From NCBI GenBank assembly GCA_964057225.1, contig OZ059898.1, positions 12,338,001 to 12,402,000 on the forward strand: 64,000 bases of DNA. The letters run 5' to 3'. Of this stretch, positions 28,933-37,930 are shown piece after piece. Each line of letters opens with the position of its first letter. Positions within the stretch are counted from its first letter, which is position 1. Made by a program: the position numbers and the translations under genes. The stretch is from Auanema rhodensis. Lineage: Eukaryota > Animalia > Nematoda. The notes below the pieces were generated by a model. That model was given only the letters and a program-made list of their open reading frames with translations, did no database searches and was not told the origin of the DNA.

Positions 28933-31900
28933 TTCAATCCCCCCTCTCTCTCTCTACCTCTACCTCTTCTTCTGCTCCCTCTTACTCCCTTAGCTTTCTT
29001 TCCGTCCCTCTTGCTTATTGTTGAAATTGTTTTTTCTTTAATTTTAAATATCAAACAAATATATTTTTCATTTGAACTTTAAATGATCAAACGTTTCCAG
29101 AACAATATGACCAGCTAGAGGAAAAAACTTTTGTAGTTTACACACACATCTCTATGAAATCTAAAATGAATTTCGATCATTTTTCCTATTTTTCACACTT
29201 CAGCCCCAAAGATGATTGTTCTTTCTTCCCCTCTCCCTCCGCTCATTCCTTGCTCCATCTTTATATTTTTCTTTCTATCAATCTTAATCTAATCTTATTT
29301 CTTCATATTTTTATTCTTCTTCTTACTTTTTTTTCACACGTGCCTCTTGCCTCATCTTCATTTATTAAGTAATTATTACGTGTTTGGATATTTCATTCCC
29401 AAAATTATGTTGTCCAGTAATTTTCGTCGTTGATTATTACTCTCATCTCATATGTTACGTTAAGACTGATGGATAGAATATTGAGTAGGAATGAGATCTG
29501 TCTATCAGATAGTCTTTTCGCCTCATTTAGATACGATTGACCATATTTTCCTTTTTGGGATCTCTGAGACCGACGAGTCGCCGACGATAGCTTGTCAGCC
29601 TTGGCCCATCATAAACCCATCAACTGACCTAGGCTAAGTTACCAGCCGCCTTTAATTAAGATCTTAAAGACGAAGACGTCTCAAGCCAGATAGATAATAG
29701 TAATGAGATTATCAGTCAAGGTAAACTCTTTGACACATACCGATAGCTTTTGGATATAAAGAGTGCATGTGAAGATAAGAAGAGAGAGCGAGAGATAGAG
29801 AGAAAGGCTAAATGAGCGAATTCTAATGATTATCTTGCCAACATTACCTACTACTTCCGTTCATTTGAAGCTCATATCGATATACATATGTAGCGTCAAC
29901 TGATACACGAACATTAATTTTTCTGAAGGCAAGACGAAAAGTCAATGGCACATCTACGAACATGTGGACGAGTAACAGGTTGTCATTTCGCCAGGCTCGA
30001 ATGAATAAGCTTTACGACGATAACCCAACCGTTAAACAAGGCTATTGATATTTTTCACAAGCTCTTCAGAAATTTCTCTGCAAAATTTTTGATGATTACA
30101 TATGAAAACATGTGAGATATACAGAAATGTATAATATCTTTGTAACTTCTGGGGTCTTCATCTTCTCCACCTCTTCTCTATCCTCCCACCCCTCTTCGTC
30201 TTCCGATTTCGCCCCTCTGTGCAACTCGTAAGGCCAATTACGAACCAGTTTCTAGACTATTTTCTTCGCATTTCTTACTTTTTGCGCTTCTCTTTTGACA
30301 TATATTTATCTGTCTTTCTTTTTTTTATCTTTTCTTTTCTTTTATTTCTCTCTCTCTCTCTATACCTCATTCTCTTTCTTTCTTATCCCTCTTCTTTCTC
30401 TCTGTTCCTCTCTCTATCTCTTTTAGACTTTATTATCTCGTATATTCATTGACCAGTTGTACTTGACCATCACTATCCGAAGCTCCAACTCATGGACTAT
30501 TTCACTTTCAAATCTTATTTATCTTTGATAAATGCCCCTGATGCTTTGACCTATCTCTTGTCTCATTTGTCATTTTGTATATTGAAATTCTATAGTCTTT
30601 TTTCTTTTTTGCTTTGCTACATATGAATGGTCAAACTCTCATCAAAACACTTTATGACAGTATGAACTGATATGGAAGTCGGAACAGAGCTGATAGTCAG
30701 CTGTCGGCTCCAGAGAAATTACTGATAGCCGTGATGATGTAACATTTGAATCGCCATCCATCTCGTTTCAATGTTTTCTCTGTTAACTCGTTATCTATTT
30801 TTCCTTTTCTCGCCATTCTAATGCTTACTATCAGTTTGAAAATCGTTTCATTACTAGTTGTATAGAGTTATTAGGTAAAAGAACGTGGCTGGAAAAATGC
30901 CAAAATTGATAATTCATGGTCTAAGTTGTTCCAGTTTTCCCCTCTCTTCATTTATCTGTTCTCCTTTTGCCATTTCTCTTTCTGTCTCTCCTTCTTTCTC
31001 ACTGCTTTCCCTCTCTCTATGCTTTTTCTCTTTCTCTATCTTTCCATTCTCTTTTTCTTCCACCCCCTCTCTCTCTCTCTCTTTACTTCCCCTTTATACA
31101 ACACTGACGTTGCAACCATCTCTGTACTTTCTTGGAAAACGTTTTCCTATTCTAGAAAACTAGCATATGGAGCACATTGAGAGAGACGGACACACAGTGT
31201 TAAGCGAGACGTTAACGTAGTGGTTGTCGTCGTCCCCAACGCTGAGAAAACGTCGTGGTTTCGCCCAACTTCGTCGACCAGTTACTTTTCACAGTCTTTG
31301 GCTTACCCCATACACATTGCCTGATAATATGATACATTTCAGATGACTATAACTTGTTTTCTGCCAATCTAAACTGACAACAAATGGTCAAAAATGGTAT
31401 ATGAAAAAGAAAAAGGAAAACAAAAAGTTAGAGAGAGTATAGAAGGGAATAGTCAGAACTACTCAGAGTTTCTAGTTGCTTTTCCTTTTGCTACAATTAA
31501 TGATGATAACGACAATGATAATGACGATGATGCCTTCCTGAACCTGACCCGATTGTTAATACGAACTTCTATTCATCTGGCTCACTTTCACCTGCCTTCC
31601 GATTCTAATCATTCCGTTAATCGTCTCTTTTTTTTTCTTTTCAACTTTGATTCTGTGACCTAGTAATATACAGAATGTGAAAGTTTTACCGGAAAATACA
31701 TATAATTTATTCTTATTTAACTATATTAGCATAATCATGACTGATAGTTAACTATACACTTAATCTGAAGACAACGGCTTTTATCCGCCGTTCTGAATAG
31801 TTGAGATGATTCCATTATTCAGCATACGTTCACCTCAGCTTTCTGGACTTCTACTATTCCTCCCCCCTCTCTCTTTCTGTCTCTCTTTCTTTCTTTCTCT

Positions 31901-34082
31901 CTATCTTTTCCCTCATTCACTTGTTCTTTCTCTTATTCACTCGCATTTTCACTTATTGGTTAGTATTCAAGGCACATGCATAATCTCTGGCCAGTGACAG
32001 TTTCATAGGTCCATCATACCGGCCTCGGAAAAAAACTGAAAGCCATCCAGTCAATCCGGTATCTCGATTCACTTACTTACAGTCACTTGCCTCGATCTTG
32101 CCCATCCTTTGAGGCTCTCCCTTCTTCTGCATATTTCTCTGTTTCTCTTTCTATTCAGTCTCTTTTCTTATTTTTTTTTCTTGAATGCTGATGTCTCACA
32201 GACTTTGTATGCTGTCATCATCGTCCTCAATCGGAGACTGTCGTTTACGCGTAATTTGCTTCGCTATAAACCACAATGTCCATTGAAACTTATCGCTCTA
32301 CCTCATTCCAGCTGGTTATTCTTCTATCTCTATTAGCTTCAAACTTCATCCATCTAATATCATCTCATCAGTTAGTTAGTTAGTTAGATTACGATGTCCT
32401 CTGAGTCTGGTGACCTTTAGGTCCTTGCCAGCTCCTCCTCTTTCCAACCTCCTCTCCACACCTCATGTCGCCTCCTACTCTTCCTGTCGTACTCCATGTC
32501 CTGCCGAGTCTCCCCTGTCTTTTGACCGCATGGAAAAGGTTCAACAGGTCCTTACAATCATTTTACTCTTCCACTTCTTATTGTTTATTTACTTCGCAAG
32601 TAAAATATCATGAAATTGAAAAATTGACTGTTTGATTCATCATCTTCTGAACGCAATTCCTCCTCCATTTATGGTATTTATAGCTATTGATGTTTATCTA
32701 TTTATTTATTGAACACATCTACTTAAAATCTGAACAAATAAGGTTTTGATACCTTTTTCTTATTTTCTTTTGTCAAACTAACTGTCTGGCAATTGGGTTT
32801 GTTCATTCGTCTTCTTCTTCATTTTTTTCTTCAACTGCTTCACCTCTTCCCACACTTGATTTTTCATCCTTGATGCTAATTTTTGCTTATTTCTCTCTAA
32901 CTATATCATATAACTAGCTGTTTTCTCTTTCATTTTTTATTAATTTTGCAATTAGTTTGGTCTGTAATATCTAAGTTCATGGGCATATGGGTGGAGTTAT
33001 TAAAGACTGTCTTTAAGGAGGTTGGACTCTAGACAACCACACGTGAAGTCAGAGAGGGGTTGCAATAGCTAGACATTGAAATTGACCATATCTGGACGTT
33101 ATTTCTCTTTTCTCTTCTTTCTCGCACTTTTTCTTTTCGCACCAACTCTCTGGGACCACAAATTCGACTGATTTTCTGACATTTATGCGTAATCACACAC
33201 TCTTCTGTCGTTAGTTAATCATTTCTTATATTTACTTTTCATCCAAATGGAAATGGTCATTTCATTTCGTCTTATCAGTTGACTCTTCTAGTGGTTGGTT
33301 CTGCCTTCGGTTGACCGCTGCTAAGCTTGTCATCAGTTCAGAGCCACATAACACATTCACTCTATCTATTTATCTCTCTCTTTCTCTCTTTTTCTCTCTC
33401 TTCTCTTTTTATTTATCTATCTTTCTTTCAATATTTCGTTTGAGCTTTCTATTTCTCCTGTTTCTTCATCTTATTTCTCACACATTTTGGCATATTTTCA
33501 GCTCATCACACACACTCTCTCTCTCTCTCTCTTTTAATGTTTTTTCTAAAAAATGTCTTTTACCTTCTAACTTCCACAATTTATTCAAACTTGTCATAAT
33601 CTATTATTCATAACGATGCCTCAAACTACCTTGATGAATAGTTTGCTATCTTCCGGTCACTTATATAGTCATCAGAGATCTTTCTATTCGTTTATCTTCT
33701 ACATCAATCAGCCTAAGCACAGACCGGATGCCACAATAAAAACCCAAAAACCTAGTCGTATCCTTAATTCGAATTAAACATTTTGAGGTTCAAATCTATA
33801 GTTCTAGTTATGACCTTTTCAATTTACTATAGTACTTCTTATTCTTCCACACATCCTTAAAAGTATTTTTGTGGAATCTCTCTCTCTCTTAAGTCTTCAT
33901 GCCACACCTCCTGATTTACAAACAACTTCCTCTTCTAAAAATTATTTGTTTTTCAATTTTTTTTATAATTTCGTTAACTATATCAGTTAAAATACTACAT
34001 TTGTTTATGTTCGTTCACTTATATCGTACGTACTCGTCCAATATTTAACTGAATTTTACTTGAATTTCTAATGTTTTTTCAT

Positions 34083-34089
34083 TTTTCAG
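34083..34089 (+). promoter_or_regulatory. Splice or SL trans-splice acceptor (TTTTCAG) 78 nt upstream of the zinc-finger ATG
   Basis: Perfect nematode acceptor consensus after a long T-rich tract. An in-frame TGA lies between it and the ATG at 34168, so the leader is not part of the main ORF. Confidence 0.6.
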
Positions 34090-34167
34090 TCTTTCAACCG
34101 TCTTTCACGTTTTCCGTTCCATACAGTTCCTTTAAATAGATTTATCTATATGAGTATATGAGTACGA

Positions 34168-36136
34168 ATGGCTGACTTTGCGACGCTTTCGTATCCAACT
34201 TTCTTTGGATCAGAAGATCCGACGAACAACAACAACATGACAAACAGTACACCTCCATCTGGAGGAGGAATGTACGTTCCGATGCAAACAGATGATTGTG
34301 CTGACATGTCGCCGAATAAATCTGTAAGTTTTCTTTTACCAAATAAAGAAACAGACGAAAAAAAGCCTTCTTCTTTGCCCAAGTTCAGCTGCATGGAAAT
34401 ATGAGGCAAAAATTAGAAATATTGAAGCATATTGAGAGCCTACTTAGCCGGCTTCCGACCTGGTTCAAGCCAGCACAACAGCTGTGTTGTTGAGAGTTTT
34501 GATGTCCGTTTAGCGAGCTTACATGACTGAGCGATGATACGGGAGCTGACGACCAACAGCAATTTTTTCTTTTCATCTAATATCTTGAAATGTTTTTTTC
34601 TTTACTCCAAACGCTGCTGAAAGAAATGATAAGAATAGTCTTCAAGAGCTGAAATTCTTATCAAGAATATGGACTCCCTGGAGGAATGACCATTATCATA
34701 TCATGTCCAGAGTCCATAAAGCTTGTATCAATTTGAATCAATAAATATCTTTAACGCATTACTTGAAACATTGACGTGTGTCCTAAAAGTGACCAGTCGT
34801 TTTGAAAATTTAGGAGAGTTATCAGTTTGATTAAACAGAATGTAGTATGAGAACGTTTTAACTAGATTTCAAGCAAAGAAATATCATTTTCCATTTGATA
34901 ACAAAATATGTCAAAATATCAAAACAGCTCTCTCTTTTTCAAATACAGACACACACACATGTATATATAGATAGACTGAACAGATAGATTTATACTCTTA
35001 TACTTTCATTTTAAATAATTAAAAGCAGAGAAGAAGGTTCAAAATGATTAACGGCCAATGTAAAGAATTGAAAATTCATATTGATAACTATGAAATATCC
35101 GGAAAAAAATGAAATAAATTATCAAATTCATCATATAACTCTAAAGTTATTTCTTCATCCTGTTATATAGCCGTTTCAGAATGATCCACCTCCACCACCT
35201 CCTATCGTTATATGTCCGACTGAAGTGGACCAGATTAACATAACGTTGGAGAAAAATCAGCAATGTGCTTGTAAGGACTGTGGCAAACTCTTCAATTCTG
35301 TCTGGTATCTGAAGCAGCACGCCGTCAAGCATTCCAATGACAGGCCATTCAAATGCAAATTCTGCTTTAAGGTTAGTATTTCTAATATTTTTTTCTCAAT
35401 TTAGTGAAGTAATTGAAAACAATATATGTATTACCCTCTTTGCAGACTTATAAATTCCGATCCAACCTTTATCAGCATAAATGCCCTGATCGTCAGAAGC
35501 ATTTGGGTCAGAAGTAAGTAGAAATGCTTCGAATGCAAAAATAATTTTTCATATTGTTTTCAGTCGTCGCGGAATGTTGAATCTTCCAAATAATTCACGC
35601 AGACTAGAGACCAACCAGATTTTGAAAAGCCGAATTGAGGCCAATATGGTTTCAGACGAAATGACCACGTAAGAAATTTTGCTGTTTTTTTCAATTTTTT
35701 TTTCATTTTCTCAAATATTTATTCATAAAATTATTATAAAATATTTTTTATAGCTATCAATCTAGTTCAATGTCGGATAATGAAGAAAATGACATCCCTA
35801 TCACCTATGGACTATTAATTCATCGTTTTGAAGATCATCAACCAATGGTATTGTTGACAAAATATTTATAGAAATGATTGGAATTGCATTTCAGTTAGCT
35901 CAAAACTGCAAATCAGCACAAAGCCCTCGTCCTATATCTCCACAGGAAAAACCAATTCGACCTATGAATTGTATTCGTGAACATCAGCTACCAGATCACG
36001 AAATAGAATCTTATATTTCGGAAAATAAGAGCAAAGTACGTTTGTCCTTAAGAAGTTAAAATATCAACAGCAATGTTTTTTGAAAACATGAAAATGAAAT
36101 CAGAAAAGATAAAAAATTTCGCTCCCGGGTGGGCTC

Positions 36137-36172
<36 letters not shown>

Positions 36173-37342
36173 GCCTATTGCGCCACGGAAGCACTGAGAT
36201 GTTGCTCATTTCTTGAAATTTTGTTGATACAGACAAAATCGGTTCTCCGAAAAACTTATAAATCTGAATCTAAACTGGATCTAATTACAAGTTTTCAGTT
36301 ACACACGTGCCGAAAATGCCGCTTACTTTTCCCAACCGAAGCTAGCTTGATGAGACATTCAGCAGCACATATGAGGGAAGATATGTATCCCTTCAAGTGC
36401 TCCAACTGCCGTCAAGCTTTCGAATCTGATCGTGAACTTCGACGACATGCTCAAATGCATTCCGGTGCTGGCCCATGGAAATGCGAACAATGCAATGGTG
36501 TCTTCCGATCATCACCTGCTCTTCGTCGTCATCGTGACCAATGTAGATCATGTCATATTCCTGCTGAGCAGAACGATATGGTATGTTTTATATAAAATAT
36601 AATGATGAATGAATGTATGGTTATACGTAATCATCGTTGAATAATCATGTCATTCACGTGTTGCGTGACTTACGTGTTGACCATTTTTGATTAATATCCA
36701 TGATCACGCGGTTGCTTATTCAACATCATCTTCTACATTTGTTCTATAATATTGTTTTTCAGATTGTCAATGTTGCTTCTCCTATCGATCCATTTGGATT
36801 CATTCCATCTGAATCTGATCTCCTCTATGCTCCACATAACAAGAAAAGTCCTGACAGCGGATTGGGTAGTGAAGGAAGTCCCGACCGATGTCACTCCAGT
36901 CCTGAACGCGCACCCCTGCCCATGGAAGATCTTTTCGAAATGTGTGGCCAAAAGAAAGAGAAAGATGATGACGAAGATAGTGGATTTCGATCACGTCTCA
37001 ATTCTGGTATGGGTTGAATGAAAGATTTCTGCTGACTTCACGTATTATTCATTTCAGTCACCCAAACATGTTCCCCCGGTTCCGCGTTCTCCTCTGAAGG
37101 AGGTTCCCCTCATCGGAAACTGTCCGGTTCCGGATCTGACATGGAATCCGGCTGCGGTAAGCATATGCCGTAGTTCTGACGCTCACTTTATCCAAACCAT
37201 TTCAGGCATAAGAAGTTGGGAAGATATGGATACTATGCCCCCTATAAGAGAAAAAAGTCCATCCTTTATTGGTAGCATGGGATGCTTAATAGATGAGCTG
37301 CAAAAACAGACAACAACAGCTCGACCAATAAAGAACATATAG
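34168..37342 (+). CDS. C2H2/C2HC zinc-finger transcription factor, ~505 aa, 5 fingers in a 2+3 arrangement. Exons: 34168-34323, 35180-35371, 35446-35513, 35564-35668, 35754-35847, 35895-36035, 36299-36580, 36763-37006, 37058-37156, 37206-37342
   Basis: Hand-spliced exons have GT..AG boundaries and consistent phases, giving one ORF of 1515 nt plus stop. Fingers: CKDCGKLFNSVWYLKQHAVKH, linker SNDRPF, CKFCFKTYKFRSNLYQHKC; then CRKC..HSAAH, CSNC..HAQMH, CEQC..HRDQC. Ser/Pro-rich C-terminus. Ortholog name not recognised. Confidence 0.92.
36111..36116 (-). terminator. Pol III T6 terminator of the tRNA-Asn
   Basis: TTTTTT on the minus strand, 3 nt after the tRNA 3' end. Confidence 0.8.
36120..36192 (-). 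tRNA. tRNA-Asn (anticodon GTT), antisense within intron 6 of the zinc-finger gene
   Basis: Reverse complement is GCTTCCGTGGCGCAATAGGCAGCGCGTTCGGCTGTTAACCGAAAGGTTGGTGGTTCGAGCCCACCCGGGAGCG: 73 nt with an intact acceptor stem, A box, GGTTCGAGCC B box and GTT anticodon loop. Confidence 0.98.
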
Positions 37343-37924
37343 TAAGTATATATTACTATATATCCAAAAACAGTTACTAATAAATGAATATTTCAGAGTC
37401 TTTCATAGCCATTAAGGCACTTTGAGTCATTTTTTGATTCCGGTTTCATTGATGGTTCATTATATTTTAAATATTCTGCCTATGTACAAAGTCAATTTTA
37501 ATGTAAGTTATATTAACTATATAAAATTAATTATTAATTATATATTATTTATAGGTTAATTATAAATATATATAGATATATCTATATATTGTATATATAG
37601 ATAATATTACTAGTAAGCGTCTATTGACGTATAGTTATTGAGTAGCAGACATGACGATATCTCGGACTAACAACATACAATGCGTTCGGCAATCAAACAC
37701 TTTTACCACAGCCTCTTTCAACTTGGTCTTTCTAGTATACAGGCTAATCATCCTCAAACACCAACACTACCAATCTACCATCATACCAATCCCAACCAAT
37801 GCTGTTCAATCTCACATCCACTAAGGTATGGACACTACTCCGGAACTCAGCGCGATTTACTTATTTCCCGATGTTTTCAGTTGTAGTTTGGTTACTCTTC
37901 TTAACAAATCATGTTTGGCGTTCA

Positions 37925-37930
37925 AATAAA
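37925..37930 (+). other. Candidate proximal polyadenylation signal of the zinc-finger gene
   Basis: AATAAA followed by T-rich sequence, ~580 nt after the stop. Further AATAAA near 38069 and 38095. Confidence 0.45.

Noticed and set aside
14402-29625. Shared 13-mer AAACCCATCAACT at ~14402 and ~29613
   Set aside because: A single 13-mer match is expected by chance in 64 kb, and the flanks do not align.
37568-37589. 22-bp perfect palindrome ATATATAGATATATCTATATAT
   Set aside because: Low-complexity TA repeat.
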